Origin: Haliotis cracherodii
Taxonomy: Eukaryota
DNA length: 64,000 nucleotides
Assembly: GCF_022045235.1 (NCBI RefSeq)
Contig: NW_027266343.1
Location: forward strand, 13,268,001-13,332,000
Direction: 5' to 3'
A program made the translations under genes and the position numbers. A model generated the notes under the pieces. The model ran no database searches. It was not told the origin of the DNA and saw only the letters and a program-made list of their open reading frames with translations. Positions 11,980 through 27,389 of this stretch are shown here, one piece after another. The first letter of the stretch is position 1; the number at the start of each line of letters is the position of its first letter.

Positions 11980-13756
11980 GCAAAGAAAACACTCGTTGAT
12001 TGATTCGTTACCAAATTGATCGTACATTGTCTATATTGGTTCATAGAAGCAGTATAAACATTCACTCATTAAAGGAGACCAGTTAAGTATGTGGGCTTGG
12101 TGTGAATGTGCGATCGCTTGTGTCCCCAGTAGATACGTAGCTACCTATACAAAGGTGAGAAGGGATTATCCCGAGGTAATCATCCAGGTAGAACTTCAAA
12201 TGTACCTGCAGCCCATGTTTGGATAACACAGAATGCAGGTCGTTCTCGTCGTCAGTTGAATGGCAATTAAGGAAATTTTTAATTTATTTTGTGAACAAGA
12301 CATTGAATGCGAGCTCACTTTCTGCATGTATTCCCGTCAAGCTGGATTAAGGTTTAAAGAAAGCATGTTTATTGAAGGGAAGTTAGGGTGATCGGGATGA
12401 GCTGGATTAGACTAATGCTTGTAGAGTATCACGTTTACACAAAATACGTAACACATCGTGAATTATAGTGCATTTCTTTTTCGTTTCTTGTCACCTGTTC
12501 CATTGTTTGAACATGCATTAACACTTCACTTGCTGACTAAAAAGACACAAGCATAATAAGAAAATTCTGCTGGCCCAATGTACGATTCCGACTATACCAC
12601 AAGCATGTGTTTATGAATAACTATCATAGTGATGATACCAGGTGTTCGCGAAAAGGTGGGCGTATCCTGCCCCACCGGTGTCACCGTCACAAACACTTCA
12701 CTCATTCAGTGGCCTAAATTCCGTTTTCCGATATATGTAAGAATATTCACGTTTGATATAAACGACGTTACTTGCCTATTCGACGAAGTCAATCAATGTT
12801 CAGTTTACAGCTTTACAGATTCTATTGTATCTAGTGCTCTGGTTGACAGTTATTCACAGCATTAACAGTCATGCATTCTGAAACATAATGTGGGATGTAT
12901 TTCACGTCAGTCTGTAACCTCGAAAAAGATGTTTAATGCTTTAACCACGTGCACAGCATTACCGTGGAGTCTTGACACTCAAATGACGAGCGTTTTCTCT
13001 CAGTGAGATATGAATGCTACACAAATCCATAGATATCCTAACACTTTGGAACCAAACGGGAGATTGGTCAAATACGATAATAAATTGATTGTTCAATGGT
13101 GTAGCAAATACCTCCGAATATGACCACACTGCCAGTTTATATTGATTTGTACTTTTTAAAACCCAATAAGATTTATAGTAAATATCCGTATAAATGATTT
13201 ATGTATCTTTAACACATGAATATTACTTTCTACAATGTGTATGTTCTTTATAAGCATTGTAACTGAATGATACTAGAACCACGTGACTGTCTCAGAAGTA
13301 TTTTGCATCCTCCCCCACCCATCAGTATGTCTGTTTGTCCCGCTCTGAGATTTTAAAGAGAAATAAAGAAAACACTAAATGGTATGCCATAACATCCTTT
13401 AGATCCAGACACATTATGACACATTTTTATTTTATTTTCACTTCAGTTTGCTAAACTGAAAATATATATACTGCCAATAATACACATTGCAATCTATACT
13501 ATTCCATTCTTATAATGTAACAATTAATAATTCTAATTATATATGCTCCTGCTATTTTTCTTCATGGTCTCGTAATCTTACTTTATTCTTTGCTTATCTA
13601 AAACATAAACCACGGATAAAAATCAAAATCAATTTTGTATGTCCACATGTCAGCTTAATGTGGGGTAAAATCCCAATAGGCGTTGGTGAGGTACATTTTA
13701 ATCACTTACTTTGGTGAAAGTCACGATGACGACTGGGTCGCAAGTGTCTTTGGAGT

Positions 13757-14522
13757 ACAACTATCTCGGACTTTAAATTGATGAATTCCTGGATTTTACC
13801 ACGACGGCAAAAGCAGTTCCACAGTCAGCGAGTAGAGCCCTGGGTCTTATCATTGCTAACAGTAAAGCCCTGGGTGGTCTCCCCTACGATGCGTATTCCA
13901 AAGTATATGATGCAATTGTGCTACCTGTGATTACGTATGGCGCATCAGTTTGGGGAACTAGAGAATTTTCTACAATTACAAGATTCAAAACAGAGCGTGT
14001 AGACATTTTCTTGGAGTCGTAAAATATACTCCTAATGATGCAGTACAGGGGGAGATGGGATGGGCCCCTATGTGTGTCAATCTATGGAAAGCCGTGTTAC
14101 GTCAGTGGAGAAGATTGGTGAACATGAATGTGGATGGATTGAACAGAAGAATATTCCTCCTACTGGACAATTACCGAGTATCAAGATTTAAGATATGAAA
14201 CTACAGAATTTACAAATTCTTTGAAAACCAAGGGTCGAGTAATTTCTGCAACGTTGAAACTTTTATATCCAAGAATGTGATCGATAGTGTTATTAATGCA
14301 TATGAACTGAAAATATTGGAAGCATGGAGAGACAACATTCGACAAAATGATAGAAAATTGAGAACTTATCGTCTTTTTAAACAAGATTACTGTATGGAAC
14401 CTTATACTCAAGTTAACATGCCCAAAACCTTCAGGAGTGCATGAAGTAAATTTCGCATATTATTTAATGTATATATTGCTGTACATGAGGTGAGACCCTA
14501 ATAAACTGTCTGTCCGTCTGTC
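13757..14522 (+). mobile_element. 5'-truncated LINE insertion, spacer 1
   Basis: YNYLG, ASRALG, PVITYGASVWG and KLRTYRLFK motifs; ends AATAAA plus a (CTGT)n-like tail. Empty site is visible at about 41618 and 49788. Confidence 0.8.
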
Positions 14523-15041
14523 GGCATGGTGTATAGTGTACAGACATCGAAATTTAACGAAGCTTTAGTAATCATGGCGATCTTAGCGCCTTCGCCTTCG
14601 TAACTTCCCTACTCTAACACAGACTTACACTAATGTTTTAGCGCGAACGTCGCCTTGTGCAAGTGGCTCCTGAACTTCACCAGATACACGGCACATTCGA
14701 CCAAATATATTGAAATTGTAACTGAACTAGACAAACAACAGAGACACGCCATCGATGGTTTGATGCAAAAGTGTAAGGAAAGTGTGTGTTTCGAAGAGAG
14801 GGAACTAAACGAGCTGAAGATCAGTATTTATTCATATCGTACAAAGAAACAGTCAATAACAGGACGGTATCACAGTGTGGTTGACAAAACAGGTCAACGT
14901 ATGTATAAAGTATTCCGTGATTACCTCAACATTCAGGCACCAACATAATCAACAATAACAGTGGCAATAAACAACAAATCTCTGAAATCCAACACTCGGA
15001 CAACAGGTGACATTTCACATTTCAGCAATTCATCTTCCAGA

Positions 15042-16886
15042 TTACCATGGAAACATCTTAAGCGGAGGCGAATCTGTTATGAGACGTCGACTGCGCATGC
15101 TCTGTTTTTCTCCTGCTGTCCATGACCTGGACTTTACTCGGAAGTGACGCAGTTGTTTGGAGTAATCCTGGTGCAGCATAGGGACGTAGTTTCTTGGATT
15201 GCACTGAGACTGAAAGTTATAAGAAAGTACTTATGACCATACGTGTGACACATTAATTCACTGAAAACACAACATTGTACCCCAAAAGGGTAGGACAGAT
15301 AACTTTAAATTTAGAATGTATATTAAAATGATTATTAAAAGGCATACATTTAAATAAGGACATATTTGCATTTTCCTACAAGTAGTCCCGTCAGTTTCAA
15401 ACATTCGCCAACCTACCTGATGTTGTTCATAGAACTTTTTGTATCCGCCATCTAACAGGTATACTTCCGGGTAGAAGAGGAAAGGGTAACGGTCACTGTT
15501 CAGCTTCCGGTCAAGGTTTCTCAGAAGTCTCAATCTGTATCAGGAGATATATAATTGAAATAACTGTTACATAAGATAAAACAAATGTAATTATTTTGGG
15601 TAGTCTAGTAAACTTATGACCGGACGATCTTTTATGTCGACTGTTTCAAGTACTATACGCAAGAAACAACGTACAATGTATTAACAATAGAAACCGCGAA
15701 ATCAAGTTTTCATGTGAACAATGCTAACTTTTGAGTCTTTTACGTCAAATGCAACTTTGTTGTATGTAAGAAAAAATACTTACAGCTTCGGGCCTCTCTC
15801 TGAAGAAAATTCACAATGGAAAACCAGGATGTTCCGTTGGGTGGAGTCCCTTCTCTGTAGATCGGTCACTAAGTCTGTGATTAGAGCGTGGGTGTGAAGG
15901 TTCTCGGCACCCTGAAGTAAATGATGTAAAAATATATGCTCAGCAACATATTGATGTCAGTTAGTTTTTTTTAAAGTATTATGCAAAGATATTACATAAA
16001 CAAACAAACATGGATCACATTCCTTTATACAAGTTTAAAGACAGCAGCATACCTCAATGTGACCACCTTCATACTCATATGGGTAACGACAGTCAATGAC
16101 CCTGTAGCTGGAAATGACGTCATCGTACTCTCCTGTCAGAAGCTGACTGACTGTGTGTGGAGTCACAGATTTGAGATCCTTGTGTCTGCCTTGTATCGTT
16201 GGGAGACTATGAACCTGAAAACATAATGGCAACTTGAAAATGTGGATTTCCTTCTCATTCAAATAGATTAAGCAATTCAGAAGATCTATATAATCAATAT
16301 TAGAATGGAAGGACGAATCCTCAACTAACCTGTGAACCATCACCGATGAGATCAACTTCATTTTGCATTTTATCAACTGCTGTCTTCATGACCTCGGATG
16401 TTACTTCGGCTTGGAGGTTATGTCCATAGCTGGCTGTTTTTTGTTTCTTGATCTGCCTTGCTTGAACATAATTAACTCCGTCATCACCATTGTCACGTTG
16501 TCTCTTCCCTCCGAACAGTGACTTCCTTGTTCCATGGAAACCAGCTTTCCTGTGATCCAAAGGTTTTGGGGACACCTGATGAAGAAACATGCATACATTA
16601 AATTTCAATGTTGGCTAAACAATGACATGTAAAATGAATCACACTTCCTTTTTTAAAATCATCTTATGCAACCATTGAACTATTCATTATGCATATCTCT
16701 CTATATCCATTGCTGCGTATATATCACTATCTGCCCAATGTAGCTGTTGTCAGTTCGATTATACATAGTTCCACAAACCTCATTGTCACTGCAAAGTGAC
16801 TCAAAGCCACTATCACGTCAGTCTTCGTCGTCGAAATCACGGCTCTTTGGGATAAAGACTTCTGGTAAACATTCTCTTCTTGCCAT
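15042..16886 (-). pseudogene. cdc25: Cdc25 copy 2 with premature stop at codon 23
   Basis: Exons 16886-16779, 16575-16330, 16214-16053, 15911-15784, 15534-15417, 15209-15042. TCA(Ser)->TGA at 16820-16818; the rest of the frame and the splice dinucleotides are intact. Confidence 0.85.
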
Positions 16887-16972
16887 TGTGTGACAGATTT
16901 CGTTCAACTATTCTGAATGTTAAGAAATTTATATCTATGGTCAGGTATTTACAAGTTATGCAGTTGCCAGGG

Positions 16973-17455
16973 GAATGATGCTGTGTCTTGCATCTGTTGT
17001 ATATATACCTGTACTAAAATAACATATTTACATAACAACGACAACACTCGTTGATCGATTCGTTGAAAACTTATATAAACATTAACACATTAGAGGAGAA
17101 CGGTTAAGAATATGGGCTTGGTGTGAAAATGCAGGATCGCTTGTGTCCCCTGTAGGTACATGGAGCTACCTATATGAGGGTGTGAGGGGGATTATCCTGG
17201 GTATAATCACCAGGTAGGACATCAAATGTACCGTTAACCCATGTATTGATAACGCAGGGTTCAGTTCGTTGTGGTCGTCCGCTGAATGACAATTAAGGAC
17301 GATTTGTATTTACCTGGCTAACGAGATGTTTAATTAAGGCGCATATTCAGCGTGGATTCCCTACTGGCTGTGTAAAGGTGTGAAGTAAGCAGGTTTATCA
17401 AGGGCCAGTTAGAATGATCTGGATTAGTTGGAATAGATTCATGTTTGTAGAGAAT
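16973..17455 (-). promoter_or_regulatory. Core promoter and upstream module, copy 2
   Basis: TATA at 17007, Inr A at 16976 (31 nt). Confidence 0.65.
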
Positions 17456-18049
17456 GTCTTGATAGTTAGGTGTCTATTAATCTTTAAAAGGAAGCACACG
17501 GAGAAAGTTATTGTTTTTCTTCTATTTCTTCTGTGTGCGTGCGTGCGTGCGTGCGTGCGTGCATGTGTGCGTGCGTGTGCGTGTGCAGGTTCAGCAGAAA
17601 CAAAATAATGATTTGACTTTAAGTGGTGATTACTGTGTATATGTACACGTATTTGCATCTTCTTGTTTTCATCGAATATAATAGATGGAAAACGTTCAAA
17701 AGCTTCACGTTATTCCGACAATTATTGCTGTAAAGTTTCTTGTTGGACGTTGGACTCTATAAGCACTATTTGATAGTGATCCAGATTTTTTTAGAGATAT
17801 TATATGATGATGGAAATATTTTCTGTCACTTTATTTTATTTAATTTTGGTATTCGGCTCAAAGTCATTTACAGTAGAACAAGAAAGATACAGAGAATATC
17901 ACTCGAGTCTCAGTCTTATAATAATGCTGTTGTTATAGCAAGAATGGGACACCAAGAATGGGCTTCACACATTGTACCAAAATAGGGAATCGAACCTAGG
18001 TCTTCAGCATGCCGAGCAAACGACTTGATATAACACTCTTATGGCATTG

Positions 18050-19830
18050 AGAACATTGCTGGCTGTTCCAAAAATGTACACTAAATATAATTCAAACATG
18101 GCTATTTCATACCACCCAGCAAATCAGAACACTGTCCAACACTTTATATTTGTGATGGATCATTTACCTTTTGGTTGCGAATACGTTTTACATCAATATT
18201 CCTACACAAATTGACGTGTTAATAATCAAATGTAAATGACCACAGCTCCAGCATTTGGTGTTTACATTTCGCAACGTTTGAGAAACAATCGAGGATGTTC
18301 CTTCTACAAAGATTTGAGTTTTGAACGATTCTTTGCAATGTTTCCCAAATGACTATACACTTGCGATAACAAATGAGTCCAATATTAAATAATTCAACAA
18401 TACTGATTCACTTTTAATGAATAACGACCAATTTCAGCATGAACAACAATGTTTGAGAAATTCTTGAGAAACCCACCACTTGTCTACAAAACTTGTTTTG
18501 TACATTAATGATATTTGGTGATGAATGGAAATCCCAAACTTCACTCCCGTACAATAAACTTGGAAGACATTTGACATCAAATATATGTAACGATACCTTC
18601 GTCTTGCAAATCATCAAAAAACAACATTGTTGATAATTTAAGGATTAATGATACTTTCCATGCTTGCTCAGCTAAGGTGTTTTGTGTAAAATACCATGAT
18701 TCTGAACACGAAAAATGGAACCCAAGAACATTTTTGATGAAACTGTTTTCCATTCAGAAGAATGTTTCGGAACGTTTTAATCTCTCGGCCTTTCTGAACA
18801 CAACTACCTTACTCTAATCAACATTTCCTTTTAGTCCGCATTTATTGCAATACAAAATAACTTGTCTAGCCTCTTTTGTAAACTTAAAGCTGAGAGATCA
18901 AACGATACAATGTCACATAAATAACTCAATAAATTCTAAATTAATACACCTCTGACTGCTGTCTGCATCAACAATATCATTAACAAACAAAGAGAAAAGG
19001 AAAGGTGACGTAGCCAAATAAACAATAAAAAAGAAGTATATCCATCCTTCATTGAAATACAAGCTTGAACTTTTTCATACACGCTTCTTAACAATCTAAA
19101 GGCCTTGTCTTTGACATTTCCCAGCACAAGTTTTAAAAAACAAACACCCTCTACCTGTCTACAGAGTCAAAGGCCGACTTTAAATCAATAAACTGCCCAT
19201 AATATTTATATGTATTTATTAAAGATGGTGCTGAGATCAGAAATATTATCGTGGGTCTGAAAACCATATCTTAACCCATCCTGCCCCTGAATGAAAAAAT
19301 GTTCCCGCTTTGCCCAATGATTTTATCTATTGATAAAAACTTGAGAGAAAATTTCACCCGAAACTTCAAGCACAGTCAATAGTTTGGTGGACAGTCAAAT
19401 CAACCCTTCTTATAAAGGAAATAATAAATCAATAGGACCATTCAGGTGGATACATACCTGTAGATAAAACACTGTTAAATAAAGGTTTTAGCAAATGTAT
19501 ACTTAAATCTAGTTCATTTTCGAAAATTTCAATTGGAATTCCACTATATCCGGGAGCTTCACCAGTTTGCATATCTTAAATTGCATTAATTATATCTTGA
19601 TAACAGATTTTTTCATCCAAATCATCAAAATCAACGGATGATTCTACGAGATTATCATTAACAATAAAATGTTCCTCATCCGCTGATACATGCAATCCCT
19701 GAAAAAGCTGCTGAAAATGATTAATCCATACAGACGTATTGTTGTTGACAAAATTGATTTAACTGTTCTCCAAAATAACATATTGTCTTTTGCAGAAAGC
19801 ACATTACAAAGTCGGTCTGTAAAGTTGGTA
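18050..19830 (-). mobile_element. Same degenerate LINE fragment, spacer 2
   Basis: Homologous to 9440-11310 with small deletions. Confidence 0.8.
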
Positions 19831-22800
19831 AATGCTGATGACTACATTGAAGCACACAACTGTTAAAAAAATGACCACAACTCGACATAACATTGTCGAT
19901 CGCAGTTACTGTTACTAGCTTGAACTGCACGCAGAAAGGGCCGAGTTGTGTTACATGCAGACCAACACTCCGCGTCATATCAGTTGTCTCCCTTCGAAGA
20001 CACTTTTCTTACAAAAGTCTGCACAACATTGATTGATACAGTTTAACATGGATAACGCCTCAGCACCTCACCATTGGCAACATAGTAATTATTTGAACAA
20101 TTTGCGGGGTTCCAAGAGGCACTTATCATAAAAAGTCATAAAAAGTTAAAATCGTTTGGGGGAAAAGTGAAATAATTTTAAAATGGTGTTCTACTATAAA
20201 ATGGTAAATAACAGCCTATTATCATTCTGATCTCGTTCTGGTCCACTTTAAGTAATGACTTGCAAGTTGACAATTTATTAAATGCAGAACTAAAAACTAT
20301 GAAAATCCTTTTATTCCCACTACAACGAACTTACGTAACATTTTATCGCCAGATTTGAGTAACCCAGGTTCCTCGTGATATTTTAAACGAATTATTAATA
20401 AAATTGCTGATTGTACAAAACAATTTTACTTTGACTGCGTCTAAGACTAAGATGTAGTGACTTGAATGCCTCTAAGTGCGATAGACACATCTGTGAAGGC
20501 CCTTCTTGTTCCCGTGGTTCGGTATGCGAGGACACTGCTCATTGTTTCTTAATATGTCTAATTTATGGAACCATAAAGAACAAACTCATACTTCTATACC
20601 TTGGGATAGTACATCAGTTTGTCATCTTATGGAAATTTGCCTAGAAATCGGACACGTTGAACCAAACAATTTTGGCATCTGTTCGTTATGATATTAAACA
20701 ATCAAAAATATTTTCAAATTGATCATTAACCAGTTTATATAGCCTATTACACGCACCCGACATACCTTCATCTTATCCACTGGCATTATCTCCAAGTTAT
20801 TGCTACCTTTACTGTAATTTCATTTTCGATTGTAAGTATTACTGGAAAAGTAATCATATAAATCACACGACTTGTTTTCCAATCCAGTCCGTGTAAATCA
20901 TATGGAAACCACAAAGGTTCATAAAGTCTTAAAACGTAAGTCTTCCAACAAAGGTTGGGATGCACTTGTTACCGAATTAACTTGTTCAAATTTGAACCAA
21001 TTAGTTATATACATTTGCATATTTTCATATTCGTGATAATATTTTCTGGTATAGATACTAGTTATTTTTGGGGTATAAGTCCCATTCGGGATTCAAACCC
21101 ACACTCACAGAGTGAGGCACTTAATCGCCAGCACACAAAGTTAGCGATCTAACACAGCCACCAAGGCGTTCAATAAATGAAAGTCCGACAACTGGAAGTC
21201 TAGACTTAGACTTGTCAGTACCTTGACCAAGTGATCTTGACTACCAGTTGTTGGACTTTTATTTTGTGGAAGCCTCGGTGGCTGTGTGGGTAAGATCGCT
21301 GAGCAAAGAAAACACTCGTTGATTGATTCTTTACCCAATTGATCGTTCATTGTCTATATTGGTTAATGGAAGTAGTATAAACATTCACTCATTAAAGGAG
21401 ACCAGTTAAGTATGTGGGCTTGGTGTGAATGTGCGATCGCTTGTGTCCCCAGTAGATACGTAGCTACCTATACAAAGGTGAGAAGGGATTATCCCGAGGT
21501 AATCATCCAGGTAGAACTTCAAATGTACCTGCAGCCCATGTTTGGATAACACAGATCCAGGTCGTTCTCGTCGTCAGTTGAATGGCAATTAAGGAATTTT
21601 TATAATTATTTTGTGAACAAGACATTGAATGCGAGCTCACTTTCTGCATGTATTCCCGTCAAGCTGGATTAAGGTGTAAGGAAAGCATGTTTATTGAAGG
21701 GAAGTAAGGGTGAACTGGATGATCTGGATTAAACTAATGCTTGTAGAGTATCACGTTTACACAAAATACGTAACACATCGTGAAATATAGTGCATTTCTT
21801 TTTGGTTTCTTGTCTCTTGTTCCATTGTTTGAACATGCATTAACACTTCACTTGCTGACTAAAAAGACACAAGCATAATAAGAAAATTCTGCTGGCCCAA
21901 TGTACGATTCCGACTATATCACAAGCATGTGTTTATGAATAACTATCATGGTGATGATACCAGGTGTTCGCGAAAAGGTGGGCGTATCCTGCCCCACCGG
22001 TGTCACCGTCACAAACACTTCACTGGTTCAGTGGCCTAAATTCCGTTTTCCGATAAATGTAAGAATATTCACGTTTGATATAAACGACGTTAATTGGCTA
22101 TTCGATGAAGTCAATCAATGTTCAGTTTACAGCTTTACAGATTCTATTGTATCTAGTGCTCTGGTTGACAGTTATTCACAGCATTAACAGTCATGCATTC
22201 TGAAACATAATGTGGGATGTATTTCACGTCAGCCTGTAACCTCGAAAAAGATGTTTAATGTTTTAACCACGTGCACAGCATTACCGTGGAGTCTTGACAC
22301 TCAAATGACGAGCGTTTTCTCTCAGTGAGATATGAATGCTACACAAATCCAACGATATCCTAATACTTTGGAACCTAACGGGAGATTGGTCAAATACGAT
22401 AATAAATTGATTGTTCAATGGTGTAGCAAATACCTCCGAATATGACCACACTGCCAGTTTATATTGATTTGTACTTTTCAAAACCCAATAAGATATATAG
22501 TAAATATCCGTATAGATGATTTATGTATCTTTAACACATGAATATTACTTTCTACAATGTGTATGTTCTTTATAAGCATTGTAACTGAATGATACTAGAA
22601 CCACGTGACTGTCTCAGAAGTATTTTGTATCACCCCCCACCCATCAGTCTGTCTGTTTGTCCCGCTTTGAGATTTTAAAGAGAAATAAAGAAAACTCTAA
22701 ATGGTATACCATAACATCATTTAGATCAAGACAAATTATGACACATTGTTATTTTATTTTCACTTCAGTTTGCTAAACTGAAAAAATATATACTGCCAAT

Positions 22801-23083
22801 AATACACATTGCAATCTATACTATTCCATTCTTATAATGTAACAATTAATAATTCTAATTATGCTCCTGTTATTTTTCTTCATGGTCTCGTAATCTTACT
22901 TTATTCTTGCTTATCTAGAACATAAACCACAGATCACTCAGATAAAAATAAAAATCAGTTTTGTATGTCCACATGTCAGCTTAATGTGGGGTAAAATCCC
23001 AAAAAGGCGTTGGTGAGGTACATTTTAATCACTTACTTTGGTGAAAGTCACGATGACGACTGGGTCGCAAGTGTCTATGGAGT

Positions 23084-23849
23084 ACAACTATCTCGGACTT
23101 TTAATTGATGAATTCCTGGATTTTACCACGACGGCAAAAGCAGTTCCACAGTCAGCGAGTAGAGCCCTGGGTCTTATCATTGCTAACAGTAAAGCCCTGG
23201 GAGGTCTCCCCTACGATGCGTATTCCAAAGTATATGATGCAATTGTGCTACCTGTGATTACGTATGGCGCATCAGTTTGGGGAAGTAGAGAATTTTCTAC
23301 AATTACAAGATTCAAAACAGAGCGTGTAGCCATTTTCTTGGAGTCGTAAAATATACTCCTAATGATGCAGTACAGAGGGAGATGGGATGGACCCCTATGT
23401 GTGTCAATCTATGGAAAGCCGTGTTACGTCAGTGGAGAAGATTGGTGAACATGAATGTGGATGGATTGAACAGAAGAATATTCCTTCTACTGGACGATTA
23501 CCGAGTATCAAGATTTAAGATATGAAACTACAGAATTTACAAATTCTTTGAAAATCAAGGGTCGAGTAATTTCTGCAACGTTGAAACTTTTATATCCAAG
23601 AATGTGATCGATAGTGTTATTAATGCATATGAACTGAAAATATTGGAAGCATGGAGAGACAACATTCGACAAAATGATAGAAAATTGAGAACTTATCGTC
23701 TTTTTAAACAAGATTACTGTATGGAACCTTATACTCAAGTTAACATGCCCAAAACCTTCAGGAGTGCATGGAGTAAATTTCGCATATTATTTAATGTATA
23801 TATTGCTGTACATGAGATGAGACCCTAATAAACTGCCTGTCCGTCTGTC
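23084..23849 (+). mobile_element. Same LINE insertion, spacer 2
   Basis: Same junctions as 13757-14522. Confidence 0.8.
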
Positions 23850-24368
23850 GGCATGGTGTATAGTGTACAGACATCGAAATTTAACGAAGCTTTAGTGATC
23901 ATGGCGATCTTAGCGCCTTCGCCTTTGTAACTTCTATACTCTAACACAGACTTACACTAATGTTTTAGCGCGAACGTCGCCTTGTGCAAGTGGCTCCTGG
24001 ACTTCACCAGATTCACGGCACATTCGACCAAATATATTGAAATTGTAACTGAACTAGACAAACAACAGAGACACGCCATCGATGGTTTGATGCAAAAGTG
24101 TAAGGAAAGTGTGTGTTTCGAAGAGAGGACACTAAACGAGCTGAAGATCAGTATTTATTCATATCGTACAAATAAACAGTCAATAACAGGACGGTATCAC
24201 AGTGTGGTTGACAAAACAGATCAACGTATGTATAAAGTATTCCGTGATTACCTCAACATTCAGGCACCAACATAATCAACAATAACAGTGGCAATAAACA
24301 ACAAATCTCTGAAATCCAACACTCGGACTACAGGTGACATTTCACATTTCAGCAATTCATATTCCAGA

Positions 24369-26247
24369 TTACCATGGAGACATCTTAAGCGGAGGCGAAT
24401 CTGTTATGAGACGTCGACTGCGCATGCTCTGTTTTTCTCCTGCTGTCCATGACTTGGACTTTACTCGGAAGTGACGTAGTTGTTTGGAGTAATCCTGGTG
24501 CAGCATGGGGACGTAGTTTCTTGGATTGCACTGAGACTGAAAGTTATAAGAAAGTACTTATGACCATACGTGTGACACATTAATTCACTGATAACACAAC
24601 ATTCTACCCCAAAATGGTAGAACAGATAACTTTAAATTTAGAATGTATATTAAAATGAATATTAAAAGGCATGCATTTAAATAAGGACATATTTACATTT
24701 GGACCCGTCAGTTTCGAACATTCGCCAACCTACCTGATGTTGTTCATAGAAGGCCTTGTATCCGCCATCTAACAGGTATACTTCCGGGTAGAAGAGGAAA
24801 GGGTAACGGTCACTGTTCAGTTTCCGGTCAAGGTTTCTAAGAAGTCTCAATCTGTATCAGAAGATACATAATTGAATCATTGTTACATAAGATAAAACAA
24901 ATTAAAAAAACCAACCCCTAAACAAACAATTATTTTGGGTAGTGCAGTAAACTTATGACCGGACGATCTTTTTCGTCGACTGTTTCAAGTGTTATACACG
25001 AGAAACAACGTACATTGTATTAACAATAGAAACTGCATAATCAATTTTCATGTGAACAATGATCTAAACGTTTAACGTCTGAGTCCTTTACGTCAACTGC
25101 AACTGTGTTTTACGTGGGAAAGAATACTTACAGTTTCGGGCCTCTCTCTGATGAAAATTCACAATGGAAGACCAGGATGTTCCGTTGAGTGGAGTCCCTC
25201 CCCTGTAGACTGGTCACTAAATCTGTGATCAGAGCGTGGGTGTGAAAGTTCTCGGCACCCTGAAGTAAATAATGTAAGAATATAAGCTCAGCATAAACTC
25301 TTCGCAAAATATTGAAGTCAGTTATTTTTTGCCTGTATTATGCAAAGATATTACATGAGCAAGCAAAAACATAGATTCCATTCCATTATACAAGCTTAAA
25401 GACAGCAGCATACCTCAATGTGACCACCTTCATACTCATATGGGTAACGACAGTCAATGATCCTGTAGCTGGAAATGACGTCATCGTACTCTCCTGTCAG
25501 AAGCTGACTGACTGTGTGTGGAGTCACAGATTTGAGATCCTTGTGTCTGCCTTGTATCGTTGGGAGACTATGAACCTGAAAACATAATGGCAACTTGAAA
25601 ATGTGGATTTCCTTCTCATTCAAATAGATTAAGCAATTCAGAAGATCTATATAATCAATATTAGAATGGAAGGACGAATCCTCAACTAACCTGTGAACCA
25701 TCACCGATGAGATCAACTTCATTTTGCATTTTATCAACTGCTGTCTTCATGACCTCTGATGTTACTTCGGCTTGGAGGTTATGTCCATAGCTGGCTGTTT
25801 TTTGTTTCTTGATCTGCCTTGCTTGAACATAATTAACTCCGTCATCACCATTGTCGCGTTGTCTCTTTCCTCCGAACAGTGACTTCCTTGTTCCACGGAA
25901 ACCAGCTTTCCTGTGATCCAAAGGTTTTGGGGACACCTGATGAAGAAACATGCATACATTAAATTTCAATGTTGGCTAAACAATGACATGTAAAATGAAT
26001 CACACTTCCTTTTTTAAAATCATCTAATGCAACCATTTAACTATTCATTATCCATATCTCTCTATATCCATTGCTGCGTATATATCACTATCTGCCCAAT
26101 GTAGCTGTTGTCAGTTCGATTATACATAGTTCCACAAACCTCACTGTCACTGCAAAGTGACTCAAAGCCACTATCACGTGAGTCTTCGTCATCGAAGTAA
26201 AGGCTCTTTGGGATAAAGACTTCTGGTAAAAAATCTCTTCTTGCCAT
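24369..26247 (-). CDS. cdc25: Cdc25-type phosphatase copy 3, 309 aa, intact
   Basis: Exons 26247-26140, 25936-25691, 25575-25414, 25259-25132, 24851-24734, 24536-24369; catalytic [10 protein letters not shown] present. Confidence 0.93.
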
Positions 26248-26333
26248 TGTGGGACAGATTTCGTTCAACTATTCTGAATGTTAAGAAATTTATATCTATG
26301 GTCAGGTATTTACAAGTTATGCAGTTGCCAGGG

Positions 26334-26815
26334 GAATGATGCTGTGTCTTGCATCTGTTGTATATATACCTGTACTAAAACAACATATTTACATAACAAC
26401 GACAACACTTGTTGATCGATTCGTTGAAAACTTATATAAACATTAACACATTAGTGGAGAACGGTTAAGAATGTTGGCTTGGTGTGAAAATGCAGGATCG
26501 CTTGTGTCCCCTGTAGGTATATGGAGCTACCCATACGAGGGTGTGAGGGGGATTATCCTGGGGTAATCACCAGGTAGGACATCAAATGTACCGTTAACCC
26601 ATGTATTGATAACGCAGGGTTCAGTTCGTTGTGGTCGTCCGCTGAATGACAATTAAGGACAATTTGTATTTACATGGCTAACGAGATGTTTAATTAAGGC
26701 GCATATTCAGCGTGGATTCCCTACTGGCTGTGTTAAGGTGTGAAGTAAGCAGGTTTATCAAGGGCCAGTTAGAATGATCTGGATTAGCTGGAATAGATTC
26801 ATGTTTGTAGAGAAT
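26334..26815 (-). promoter_or_regulatory. Core promoter and upstream module, copy 3
   Basis: TATA at 26368, Inr A at 26337 (31 nt). Confidence 0.65.
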
Positions 26816-27389
26816 GTCTTGATAGTTAGGTGATCTTTTAATCTTTAAAAGGAAGCACATGGAGAAAGTTATTGTTTTTCTTTTATTTCTTCTGTGTGTG
26901 TGCGTGCATGTGTGCGTGCGTGCGCGTGTGCAGCTTCAGCAGAAACAAAATAATGATTTGACTTTAAGTGGTGATTACTGCATATATGTCCACGTATTTG
27001 CATCTTCTTGTTTTCATCGAATATAATAGATGGAAAACGTTCAAAAGCTTCACGTTATTCCGACAATTATTGCTGTAAAGTTTCTTGTTGGACGTTAGAC
27101 TCATTGTATAAGCACTATTTGATAGTGATCCAGATTTTTTTAGAGATATTATATGATGATAGAAATATTTTCTGTCATTTTATTTAATTTTGGTATTCGG
27201 CTCAAAGTCATTTACAGTAGAACAAGAAAGATACAGAGAATATCACTCGAGTCTCAGTAATAATGCTGTGGTTTTAACTCGAATGGGACACCAAGAATGG
27301 GCTTCACACATTGTACCAAAATAGGGAATCGAACCTAGGTCTTCAGCATGCCGAGCAAACGACTTGATATAACACTCTTATGGCATTGA

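Noticed and set aside
14655-14948. Repeated plus-strand ORFs (97 aa here; 127 aa at 4906-5289)
   Set aside because: They recur only because of the tandem duplication, are broken in sister units, are antisense to UTR or PLE relics, and show no recognisable domain.
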